The notes below the pieces were generated by a model. The model had not been told where the DNA came from. It searched no databases and was given only the letters and a program-made list of their open reading frames with translations. The position numbers and the translations under genes are program-made. Of a stretch of 64,000 bases of DNA, positions 13,501 to 25,413 are shown in pieces. How positions within the stretch are numbered: position 1 is the stretch's first letter; each line of letters opens with the position of its first letter. The stretch covers positions 1-64,000 of the forward strand of contig JALJEE010001840.1 in the NCBI GenBank assembly GCA_023231475.1, given 5' to 3'. The stretch comes from Seison nebaliae. Lineage: Eukaryota.

Positions 13501-16500
13501 TCCATCGAAGAATATTCCGATAACTATTCGGCTGATTCCAGAAAAGAAGACGAAACCAATCTTGGAAAAATATTATTCGAGTTTCTACGTTAAGGAAGAT
13601 GATTGGGAGTTCTACCAGCAAGAACAAAATTCTTATCGAATGCCAATACCAAATAGTGCGATTCGAGTTATATCACCAGGGAATCATCGATATGAAATTA
13701 TTTCGTCTGCACCATTCTCGTCCTATTTTAAAATTGATCCACAAACTGGTATCATTTCTCAAACTAGATCCATTTTCAATGTTACAAGAATTCCTAATAG
13801 ATTTAATTTGAAAGTGGTGGGAATTGATCAGGCAAATATGGCAAGCGAACCGGCGACAATTGAAATATTTGTTGAGAGGAATAATTATTCACCACAATTC
13901 AATGTAGATAAACAGTATTTGACTAGTGTCTCACCAAATATTCAAATTGGTACCACGGTGCTAAAGATTTTAGCTCAAGATCGTGACATTCCAAATACGA
14001 GATATTCGAAACTTCAATTCGATCTAATACCAATATTCAATCATCAAAATCCATTTGATATCGACAAAGATAGCGGAGTAATCTTCACTAAATCTCGATT
14101 AGATACACAATATCAACAATACGAATTTATAGTGAGGACTCAGGATAGTGCATTCTTCCCAAAAGGTATAACGGTTGGTCTAAAAATCTTCTTGGAAGGA
14201 AATCAATATCCGCCAAGATTTTTGAACAATACATTTGGAACTTTAAAAATTTTCCGTTCAACATCACTCCAAGAAGTCATTTATAGAGTTACTGCTGTTG
14301 ATGACGATGTCTTACCACCGTCCAACATAATAACTTATTCGATTGAACCATCGAAATATTCAAACTATTTTTACATTAATCCCGAAACTGGGGAATTACG
14401 ATTAAGGACGGCATTACCTTTGAATGAAGGAAGGTTTGATTTAAATATTCGTGCAGAAGATGGAGGAGGATTATCATCAATTTTCAATTTACAAGTTATT
14501 GTTGACAACAATGATATGAAGAGGATACAATTCCATCCAAACGATATGAATAAGCAGATTCAACTCATGATAAATAATGATGACGTTTGCCAGTTCGTTC
14601 ATCAAGTACAATTAGCTGCCGGAACTGATCAAACTAAAATTAGATTTTCAATTATTGGCAATTCTTTATCAATCCAACATTTTGGGATAGATCGTTTAAC
14701 TGGAATAATTCGAATAATAAAACAAATAGAAGTAAACAAACAATATTCGTTAATTGTTCAAATTGTTCATATTGATAATCCGACGACAAATATTCAGAAA
14801 AATGTTTATCGGATTACCGGAACACGATTAATTGGAAGATCAATTGAAATCGAAGAAAAATCCAATGTCTGCTCATTGGAAACGTTAAAAGTTGAAGAAT
14901 TAAATACTCGTTTGGAACGTCCACTATTTCTAAATGATTTATCTTTCTGGGAGAAAGAATCTGAAATGATATATGAATTGGAAAATAATAAATTTTCCAA
15001 AAATTTCGCAATAGATAAATTAAATGGGAATTTATTTTTGATTTCTGATAATTTTATTTATAATAAACATGAATTAAGCATTAGAATGTTGAAGGAAGAT
15101 AAATTGGAAAGAAGTTGTCAATTGAATATAATCATTCCAATACAATCAATGATTTCATTGCAGTGGGATCCGAGAGAACCAGATGAAATTTCGATTATGG
15201 AAAATTTTGATATAACAAAATTAGTTCATCAATTCATGAGTAACTCTCAATCAAATGTGAAGTTCGTAATGGAAAACGATCGATTAAAATCATTATTCTT
15301 CCATTTAGAAACTTATACTGGAAAATTATGGTTGAAACGACCATTAACAAATTTACCAAAATCCATCAAACAACTACAATTGATAATAACAATAATTAAT
15401 TTGAAAGGAATGCAAATAAAAAAACGACGATACTTCACGTTCAAGATCATCCGATCATCATCTTATCAAACTAATCGACTACCTGGGATCATTGACATAT
15501 TCTTCAATTATACTTCCTTCGGATTGTTAGACGATTTTTCAAAGTACTTTCATAATCGATGTCAAATAGATGGAGATTTCCTTCAATTCTTTGAAATTCG
15601 TTCCAATTGTCAATTATGGATGAAAAATGAATTGATCAATGATAATTATGATTTCCCCTCAACGTTACCATTGTTACTCTATTCCTCTAATATGTCCATG
15701 TTGATTACTATTCATTTTGATAATCAATTTACTCCAAAGTTTAATATGGTTATTCCTAATCCAACTTTCGTGGAAGAATTGTCATTATCGAATAAACTAC
15801 AACAAAAAACATACCGAATGAGATATGTTGTCGACCCGAACGAAATTCAAGTGGATGATGAACTTCTTCGTCTTGATATAATAGACAAAGATTTTGGTGA
15901 AAATGGGAAAATTTATTGTTCATTTCAGAATGGTGGAATGAATCCTTATTATTATTTGGACGGTGTTTCTTTAAAATTATCCATGTCGTTATGGTGTCAA
16001 TCGACAAGAATTAAATCAGATTATATTGAATTAAATATAATTTGTCGGGATTCTGGTTCGCCATCCCGTGTTACTAAATCAATTTTAATTGGAATATATG
16101 CTGGACAAAATATGTTTTCACCCGAATGGTCGTCAGCTATGAAGAATGATTATTATGTTGATCTAAGTTTCACTTTCTACTTCGCTCAATATTCATTTTC
16201 AATTTTTATAGATAATAATTTTAATAGAGAACAATCTTTGTTGATTGCACATGCATCAGATAAATTGTTCGATGTCAACCATGATTTGAATCGAAATAAT
16301 CGGGAAACAATCTTAAACAAATATTTTCATTCTACTAACATTACTTACGGAATTGAGGAAAACGAGATGTTCGAGATTGATTCGAAATCTGGTGAATTGT
16401 TTCTAATAAACCGATCGCTCGAGGTCATCAAATTTCCGATGCATAACGTTTCATTAATTTTGATCCCAAATTTATTAAAATTTTTTGATTAATAGTTAGA

Positions 16501-19500
16501 ATTAATCGCTATGGATAATGGAATTCCTAAAAGACGAATAAAACTTCCAATTATTCTTCACTTCGGAACGAAACTATTAAGTGGTCGATGGATATATCGA
16601 CCAGGTTTTGATACGTTATTGCCAACAACAAATGAGACTGATATCATTCGCATTGGTAATAATTTAAAGAAGAATATTTATATTGATCGAGTAAAAATAT
16701 ATGATTCATTTGATTCATTGAAACATGTAAAATACAAATGGTCAAATACGGACAATGGAATTGATGATTTATTGGATTTAAATGAAGAGAATGGAATAAT
16801 ATTATGGAAGGGTAAGAAATTAAGTTCTGATTTGCAATCCATCAATAATCGATTATTACATCTGAATATTACCCGAGAATATTTTCCAGATGAAATTTTA
16901 AAATTTCCTGTAAAATTCCAATTTCCTCCATATCGTCAAATTGAATTGGAAAGAATCAAATTATTTCAATATCCTGAACTCATACTGAATTCCCCATTGA
17001 ATTCAATTAAAAAATCAATAAAAGAACAATTATTTATTCCTATCAATTCTTGGGAGACGATTTATTCAATTCCCATTCACCATAACATTTACCAATTTCC
17101 ATTGTTTCAACTAATACCTAATCAATTTAACGAAGTTCATTTTATTAACTTATTATTTATTCCATTACACTATTCAATTCCATAAAATTTCTATATTATA
17201 AGTATCTTCATTTTCAATTAGATTCCACTAAATTCAAAATAGAAAATGATACTGGAATGGTGAACTTAAGAGAATCTATCGATTCATCCATTTTTTACAA
17301 TGAAACTGTCATCTTTTCTCAAGACGTCTTCTTAGAAAATTCAAGAAAATCGATTAATCTATCAATTGTTTATAATCCTATCATTAAATTTCCAACAAAA
17401 CCGAAACTGAACTACGAAGAATTATCTGAGAAATGTCGAGATAATAGATGTCCAATCGGAATAGTTCATCTGACTGATACTGTATTTCATGAGTGTACCG
17501 TCGAAATTTCGACAAAAAATTATGAATTGGAAAATAAAATTAAATTTCATACAGAATTCAAACGGAAATGCTTAATTTCCATTCAATTACTAGATGACGA
17601 AGATCAATTAACAGTGAAAGATATTGATATTCAAATAAAATTTTTCAACTTTGAAACGAGAAATTCAAAAAGTTTTCCATTTCTTTTTTATAAATTCAAT
17701 AGAATTAAAATTTTCAGTCATCAATTGGAAAATTGAAATGGAGAATATTTCACCCAATCGATTAGGACGAATATCATTATCTGATACTGAATCAGATGAA
17801 ACAGATGATGATGGAAATGAGGAAACAATTTTAAGAAAAAAAGAACTTTGGTCAAACAAAATATCGGAATTGGCAATTGCAAATTATTTAGATAATTCGA
17901 CATTAAATTTTGGAATCGATGAAAAGTTAATAGAAGAGAATCGAGTGAAGAGAATTTCTACTCCTTCAATGGAGTTGTTATCCGGTTTACAAAAATGCCA
18001 CAATAGAGAACAGTTCGAAAAAGATATTCTATTTTATGAGAATTTTAAAATTTCTTCAATTTCAAGTCGATATTCTCATTTTCCTATAATTTGAACTTAT
18101 AAGAATTGACCATTATTAGGTATTAGAAGAATGAATGACAACGAACAGTTTTATAATTTATCTAAAATTTTTTATTTCATGATCGACAATGATGATAAAA
18201 ATGAGAATGATATACTAAAGTTACTTCCTACAATCTTAATCGATATTCTCTAATGTAAATAGATTAATGGAACGAATGAACATTTCAACTTATTCGATAC
18301 ATGTTGATAGTATTTGGAGAAGTGAACGGGAGAATAGATGGGAAATATGGTGTTGTTTGTACGACGAACAAGAGAGACAATTGACAAACATTGATGATAT
18401 AATTGAAAGGTTTGTACATTTCAGAACGTCGAATTTTATTTGGAATTATAATAGTCTTGTCATTCCTTATTGTGAAGTTATAGTGACGATGATTCTCGAA
18501 TAAATAAAAATCGATTTAATACATCATCATACGTTTCTTCGATTTTCTTAAAAGAATTTCACACATTTCCTTTATCATCATCATTCTTCCAAATAAGTAA
18601 TCTATTGTATGAATATGTTAATAATGTAGATTCGATTGTCGAATTCTAGTCGATCATTCACAACTAGTAGTTGTAGCAGCAGTAGTTATTGTCGACAAGA
18701 CGGAAGAAAAGAAGGAAAGAATAGAAGGATTGAACTGATAGAATAGAATAAGAAAGATAATCCTCTAATAAAAGTGGAGACAATAAGAGAGAGGGAGAGA
18801 GAGAGAAAGACAGCGAACAAAACGGAAAAAGACAACCTAATCGAAGAAAACAATAGAAATATCGATGAATTGAGATAATCATTCAATCGATGTATTTCTC
18901 TCCGTTCGATTTCTGTTAAATTCCATCCCACTATTGTAACTGTGACGAATGAGATGAAATCACGTAACATTCCCTCACAAAAATTATCTGTTGTTTATTC
19001 GTCTTAAATTAACATGTCCCATTCTTTTTAATCGACATTAACTTGTTTATTAAGAAGTGATTTCATTAATAATTTTAATTTAATCTAATTTTCAATGATT
19101 TCCCTTCAATTATAGTTCCCTAAAACAAATAGATAATGAACTATCTCAGGTAAATATTAAGCGAATCGAACAATCACAAATTGGTAATCGAATGTCATAT
19201 TTGGAACAGCAACGTATAACTTCGTCACCACCAACACTGGGATTAAAAGTGAAACCGAAACATATTCCTTTTTATGAGAAAGGATGGACTAATCCCAGTT
19301 GGGTGGCATTGATCAGCTTTGCTGTTCTCATTCTAATCGCGTCTATTATCGCAATTGTTCTACTTTTTATCTTCTGGAGACGGTATAAGCGTCAATTAAA
19401 GGATTATTCTACTCCGCCATCATCACTGCCTCCAACCATTAAACGACCGGAATATGAGACACAAGTTACTCATTTTAATTGTATTTCTTTGAAACTTCAA

Positions 19501-19635
19501 ATTTTAATTAAGAGTTTGGAAATGTATGTTCCACAAGAAGACGTAGATCTGGGTGAATTGGAAGTAGCATTCGATACAAAAGATGGAATAAAAGCAATTC
19601 GTCAAATGCCCATCGATTCACAACAACGTTTCTAA
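7511..19635 (+). CDS. Giant single-pass cadherin of the PCDH15/Cad99C type (~3,600 aa, ~14 exons)
   Basis: Signal peptide at 7511; many EC motifs (DVNDNSP, LDYE, ATDPD, NDEPP); PCDH15-type LDDDDLGPIF...C...C segment near 8395-8470; TM WVALISFAVLILIASIIAIVLLFIFW at ~19300-19377; cytoplasmic EYETQ|SLEMYVP. Frame-compatible introns: 7719-7771, 8287-8335, 8510-8564, 9006-9085, ~10899-10985, 16167-16211, 16448-16495, 17135-17202, 17672-17702, 18066-18119, 18220-18262, 18410-19115, 19465-19512. Confidence 0.85.
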
Positions 19636-19811
19636 CAAATCAATAAGAAATTTTTTCAAATGGTAAATCATATGCAGGAAAAAGAAAATGAATAAATGAA
19701 ATTGAATAAAATAACAATGAAGAATTTGTTAAAGTTCTTGTAAGTTTTTCTTATTTCTATTCTTTTACATTTCTAAAATAAATGTATTTCATATAAAACT
19801 CTTGAGCAATT

Positions 19812-22230
19812 TTAAGTTGACGATTTCTTCTTCTTATCTTTTGACTTCTTTCTTTTCTTCTTCGAATCTTTCGGTTTAACTTCTTCCATTTCTTCATCAC
19901 CATCTTCATCTTTAGAACTCATATGTTTTTGAAGTTTATTTTTTTTCTCCGAATCAACTTCAATCGTTTTGGTATCAATATCTTCTTCCTCCGTTTGGAC
20001 AACGGAACGTTTATGTTTTTTCTTCTTTTTCTTCGAATCAACATCCACTTCTTCCTCTATTGGAATTGTTTCTTTGTGTTTTTTCTTTTTCTTTTCACTT
20101 TCTTCCTTTTGACCAATTTCTTCTGGAATTTCCGTTAAATTTTCCATCGATTTATTCTCCTCATTCTCATCATCCATTTCTTTATCTTCAATGATTTTCT
20201 TCTTCTTTTTTCCTTCAACATTCTTCTCACTTTTCACATCTAGTTTAACTTTAACTTTATCTTTTTTCGATTTCTTACTTATTTTTTTTTCACTTTCAAT
20301 ATCTTCATCTTCCTTTACTTCTTGATTCACTTTAATTTCATCCGAGTTTTTTGTCGTTTTCTCATCCATCATACTTTTGTCTTCTATTTCTTCTTCAACG
20401 TCCTCAATTCTTTTTTTCTTCTTCTCTTTCTTCTTTTTCTTTCCGCTATCTTCACCTTCGTTTAAGTTCTCTTCGTCGTCATCTTTTCTCAAAATTGATT
20501 TCCTTTTTTTTATTGATTTAGATTCTGTAGTCGATTCTGTTGTTTGGTTTGGACTACCCAAGTCATACTGAGCCATCTTCGTTTCAACATCGGAAAATTT
20601 TCGTTTTCTTTTCGGAACGATTGTTGTTTCGTTTCGAACTGCATATTTTTCTTCATAAGCTGCATTCGCTTTCTGATATTGAAGATAAGTATCTCTTTTG
20701 TTAAATTTCTTCTTTTGTCCTCCCTCTAATTCAACGATTCGTTGTTCGACCAATCCACGATACTGTAAACCGATAACTGCACATCTTTGCAAATATTCAT
20801 CGGTCGTTTCATTCTCTTTTTGAATCAATTCTTCGTCTTCATTTTCGAAATCTTTCATTGCATCAATTCGAATAGCGAGTGAAGATTTTGCAGCAATACT
20901 CCTAGCAATTTTCGCTTTCAATGATCCTTGTGTTTGAGATACAAGTGATGCATGATATAACAGTCCATATTTGGGCGTATCTTTCTTTGCTTTCAATGCG
21001 CGAAACAATGCCTTCTCTGCTCCTAATATCTGTACAGTAGACGATGGATGTTTTGCCAAGTTCAACAAAGATCCTTTTCCAAATAATTTGAATTGAATTT
21101 TAGAGGAAAAATAATTGAAAACCTGCATGTGAAATCAATCTCGCACCAATCAATTCTCCAACTAAAACGGTTAAATTCGGAGCAATGGCTACCATACGAT
21201 TCTTTAAATATCGGTATAATTCAGATCGATATTTATTCATATCTAAAATCTAAAAAAAAATTTATATAAAAAGTTTTTTAAAAAAATTTATATTAAAGGA
21301 ACTTGTTGACAAAGTGCTCGTATATTCTCCACATCTTCCTCGGATATCTCTGTTCCCATTGAAATTTCAGCAACTCGTCGGACTTCTGTTTCGATGTCCG
21401 TTGGTAATATGTCAGAAAAGTCAAATTGTCCAATATGAGATCGATCGCCGAGTCGATCGACGAATTTACAATATGCTTCATTATCTTCAATAATTTTATC
21501 AATTTCTGGAAAATGCCATCCGTACCATTCTTTACATCTCATAATATAATTATTCAATTCTTTATCTAAATCATCTAATAGACCTGGAAACATTTGAATT
21601 ATTTATAATAATTATATGAAATTATATTAACTTATTGCTTGTACAATCATTGTGTCAACTTTATCTGGAGAAAATTTCAATTTGTATCGTGATAAACTAA
21701 ATTGAAGAAGAAAATTGTATTTAATGAAATGGTGAATAAAAAAAAACCTGTGTGCTAGACCGATTCTCATAGAATTCAACTCTTCTTCACTTAATTTCAA
21801 GAGTGATTGCATCTGCATCCGAATTAATCTCATCAAATTTTGAACATTCGAATTGGAAAGACAATTCATTTGAAATTTATCTTTTATTGCACTTCCCAAT
21901 TTCGAATCAGAAACCAAGAGGGTTTCAGTCAATTTGTCTGGAATATTCTTCTTCAAAAATTTCTTTAAACATTTCGATAACGATCCTTCAATCGAACACG
22001 TCAATGAATCTAATGCTTCCTTTGTATCTTTATATTTCTTAAATGCTTCCAAGCATACCATTTTTGACACTTTCTTCTCATCGTTAAATAGTACGTCCAA
22101 TTCTTTCGGATCTTCAATCGATACCGATTTATCTAACTGTGTACAAAGAAATTGTAAATTATTTCATAACGAAAATAATACTAACATTAAAAATTGCATA
22201 TCCTGCAGGAGTTTCAAAAAGTACTAACAT
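19812..22230 (-). CDS. NOP58: Nucleolar protein 58 (box C/D snoRNP core); 6 exons
   Basis: [14 protein letters not shown] start, [60 protein letters not shown] and a long K/E-rich tail. Introns 22137-22185, 21697-21747, 21584-21631, 21250-21302, 21074-21122. Confidence 0.96.
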
Positions 22231-22682
22231 TTTTTTTAATTACTTACACTTTATTTTTTTTCACATGGTTTATCAACTTTTGAAATTCTCAACACAATAT
22301 TCAAATAAAATTAATATTGTTAAAATTTCAGGATTTGAAATATTGAGCTTTTGACTTCCTTTTCATTTAACATCATTTTTATTTTCTTTGATTTATTCTT
22401 TGTAAAATTACTAAACACCAATTTGAATGGAAAATTATATCAGTTTGAAATGAATCTCATATTTTATCATACGTATCACTTCCATCTTATGATGTTAAAC
22501 TGATTCATTTAGATGTTTTTATTTATTAGAATAATGTATATTGGTAGACGTAGGTAATGTTTTCCGATAAGACGTTTTTTCATTTACCTTATTTTTATTG
22601 TTATTACTATTTACACCAGAAATAATTGTTGCAATTTCATAACTCCGTATTTAATAAACAAATAAATGATAAGAGACATATA

Positions 22683-23552
22683 CTAATTTCCATTTGCAGT
22701 GCCACAGTCGCATAATTTCTTCCAACATTTACATCCGTTTGGACACGAACTACAAGCACTACCTTTTTTATATGGGCTTTCCGTACTACCTTGACCACGA
22801 TAATAATTACAAACAACATAAGCTCCGTCAGAACAAGCTGCTTCGCCACAACCAACTCTTGTTGTGAATGCTTGGACTACTTGAGTATAATGACCAATCA
22901 TACTGCCTCCAGAATTTGTTCCATATTTGAAATCTTTTTTCTCGCTGATAAAACCTTCAATTAATTCCAATGTCCTCGAAAGACTTGTACTACTGTGCCA
23001 TCCAAAATTTTGACCTACTAATCCATTATATAAAGGCTCTTTTCGTTGATCATATTGATCATGACCTTGTGTGCATGTTGCTGCATATCTTTCAGCAGTT
23101 TGCTCTAAATTTAAATCGTAATACATTCTTCGCATATCAGCTGACACCAACATCTTACGTTCCTTCATATGACGATCTATTATTTTGAATCTGAAATCGT
23201 CATTGAATTCAACATTTCGTTGGAACTTACTAGAAACTTTAGCACAGGCAGAATGTGTACCGCTAAATCGAGAGTCAGCACAACCGCTCTTCCTAAATGG
23301 TTTTTTCTTCCCAACAATATTTTCATTGGCACTGCCTATATCTCCACCAAAACGACTAGCAACAGCAAATGATATCATTAATATTATTGAAACTACCATC
23401 AACATTATAAATATGTCAAACGTTAGCAAAATAGCTTTGTCGAAACTGTCATTTCGATCAAATACTGCTTCATGTGTACCTTTGTAACCATAATTACTGA
23501 ATGCTCTTTTGAACTTAGTGAATTGTTTTGAAGCGGTTCGATTGAATGTCAT
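22683..23552 (-). CDS. Membrane-anchored CAP/SCP/PR-1 domain protein, paralogue A
   Basis: N-terminal TM (ILLTFDIFIMLMVVSIILMISFAVA); CAP motifs GQNFG, GHYTQVV, VGCG, YVVCNY; Cys-rich hinge CSSCPNGCKC. First ATG is 23552 (the ORF track starts at TTG 23561). Confidence 0.9.
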   Translation of the reverse strand: MTFNRTASKQFTKFKRAFSNYGYKGTHEAVFDRNDSFDKAILLTFDIFIMLMVVSIILMISFAVASRFGGDIGSANENIVGKKKPFRKSGCADSRFSGTHSACAKVSSKFQRNVEFNDDFRFKIIDRHMKERKMLVSADMRRMYYDLNLEQTAERYAATCTQGHDQYDQRKEPLYNGLVGQNFGWHSSTSLSRTLELIEGFISEKKDFKYGTNSGGSMIGHYTQVVQAFTTRVGCGEAACSDGAYVVCNYYRGQGSTESPYKKGSACSSCPNGCKCWKKLCDCGTANGN

Positions 23553-24160
23553 TTCCCACAAATAATAATAAATTTTCTCAGCTGAAACTCGGTAGGTTAG
23601 TAATGAATTGTTTAAATGTCCAAAAATCTCTTATTTTATTTAAATTTTAATTTAATTCCACTAAAAAATTAACTATAATCTCGTAATAACCTTAATCCCT
23701 TTGGGATTGAATGAGTGATTGAAATTTATATAATAATAATGGAAAATTTGCCCATAAAATGACAGAAAGAATATCAGCAAACATGAAAGTTAATCAAACA
23801 GAACCATAAATACAGTGGTTCAACGTTAAGGAAAATGCGTAACGAAAAAAAGAAAACAAATTATAAATAATATTTTAGGAGTGGTTAGTGGATTCATTAA
23901 TGGAAAGAAGTATCATAAATACGGGAACATATCAATACTGTGTTAATTTATCGTCGAATTATGATTCATCTCTCTTATTTACCATTAATACTAACAAGAA
24001 TTAATTCTCTTTCGTATATATCTCGATTATTGCATAACTTCAGTTCATAAAGTATCAATTTATCAATAGTGTACATAATTTTACAAAGATAATTTATGAT
24101 TCATATAAATTTGATGTTGATATATCAAGATCAATAGATTATAATTTATTATGGCAATGA

Positions 24161-24991
24161 TCATGAAAAAGGTTTTGTGCAATTACAAAATTGGAGTTTA
24201 TCACAAGTGCATCTTTCCGGACATGCAGAACAAGGAATACCCTTTTTATATGATAGATCCAGTCCTCGTTTTAACGAAGGATAATAATAACAAATAACCA
24301 TTTGACCGTCTTCGCAAACTGATTCTCCACAACCGACTCTCGAAGTATCAGCTTGAACAAGTTGTTTATATTGATCACTCGCTGATTCCGAAATAGTGAC
24401 ATTTTCCGACTGACGTGTAATTGTCCATTCTATTTGTTCTAATATTAACGATCCACCATAAGATGCTCTTCCCGTTACTAGTCTAATATTCATTCCTACA
24501 TGTTGTGTATGATTTAATGTATAATTTTCTTTCAATGGTTCAAATGTACATAGAGCAGCATGTTGTCGTGCAATTCTCTCTAATTTTAAATCGTAGGAAA
24601 TACTTCTCATATTCGAAGATCCTACTGAACGTCGTTCAATATTGTGTAATTCTAAAATTCTTTCTCTTAAATCCTCATCATCATTTTCGAAATTCATTTC
24701 ATCCTCAATAGACGAGGAGATTGTAAATGGTTGAAAGATTGGATGAATTCGTTTAGCAAGACCTCGTTTATAGTTAACCACAGTTACTGCAACTATTAAA
24801 ATGACTCCTATGACAAAAGTAATGATAAAAGCATGTACTGTGAGAAGAAAAGATTTCTCATATGGGTCGTTCCTTTTCACTAGTATTGCACGATACATCT
24901 TTAAGTAACCATATTTCTTGATTCCATAAGTAAATTTCCAACGAATCCTTCTGGCAAGTTCGAATAAGGTGCCGTTATCGTAAAAGTCCAT
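24161..24991 (-). CDS. Membrane-anchored CAP/SCP domain protein, paralogue B (divergent active cleft)
   Basis: N-terminal TM, ILELHNIERR, QYKQLV (in place of GHYTQ), RVGCG, VICYYYP and CSACPERC. Confidence 0.88.
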   Translation of the reverse strand: MDFYDNGTLFELARRIRWKFTYGIKKYGYLKMYRAILVKRNDPYEKSFLLTVHAFIITFVIGVILIVAVTVVNYKRGLAKRIHPIFQPFTISSSIEDEMNFENDDEDLRERILELHNIERRSVGSSNMRSISYDLKLERIARQHAALCTFEPLKENYTLNHTQHVGMNIRLVTGRASYGGSLILEQIEWTITRQSENVTISESASDQYKQLVQADTSRVGCGESVCEDGQMVICYYYPSLKRGLDLSYKKGIPCSACPERCTCDKLQFCNCTKPFS

Positions 24992-25296
24992 TTTTTAATA
25001 TATTTACCGAACTTATAAAAAATTAATATAGAAATAGAAGTTGGAAAAAATGAAGCAAAAATTTAAACAATTTAAATAAAAGATTCACTCTTAAAGTATA
25101 TAAAAGTGAATCAATTGGTTGGAAAGGATGAAGAAAAACATTATAACTTTAAAGTGAGATGTAAAATATGATGAAAATAAAGAATAACAATAACTTTGTT
25201 GTTAACATGAATATTTTAAAAGACTTAGATGTTCTGAAAAAATAAAGAAAAACATTACCTTGAGTTCTTGCAAGTTGCAATAAGTTCCTGCTTATT

Positions 25297-25319
25297 TATA
25301 TATATATATATATATATAT
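25297..25319. repeat. (TA)n microsatellite
   Basis: About 11 perfect TA units between CAP paralogues B and C. Confidence 0.9.
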
Positions 25320-25413
25320 TATTTACGTTAGTTCATTAAACACCAAATTAAAGTTATGACAATAATCCGAAACCTGTAGAATCTAGATTTTAGATTCTAA
25401 ACGTTACTTTCCT

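Noticed and set aside
19923..20729. Phe/Ser-rich + strand ORFs overlapping NOP58, and similar short antisense ORFs inside the cadherin, CPSF1, NUP93 and 56-58 kb genes
   Set aside because: They are reverse-strand shadows of K/E-rich or low-complexity coding sequence.
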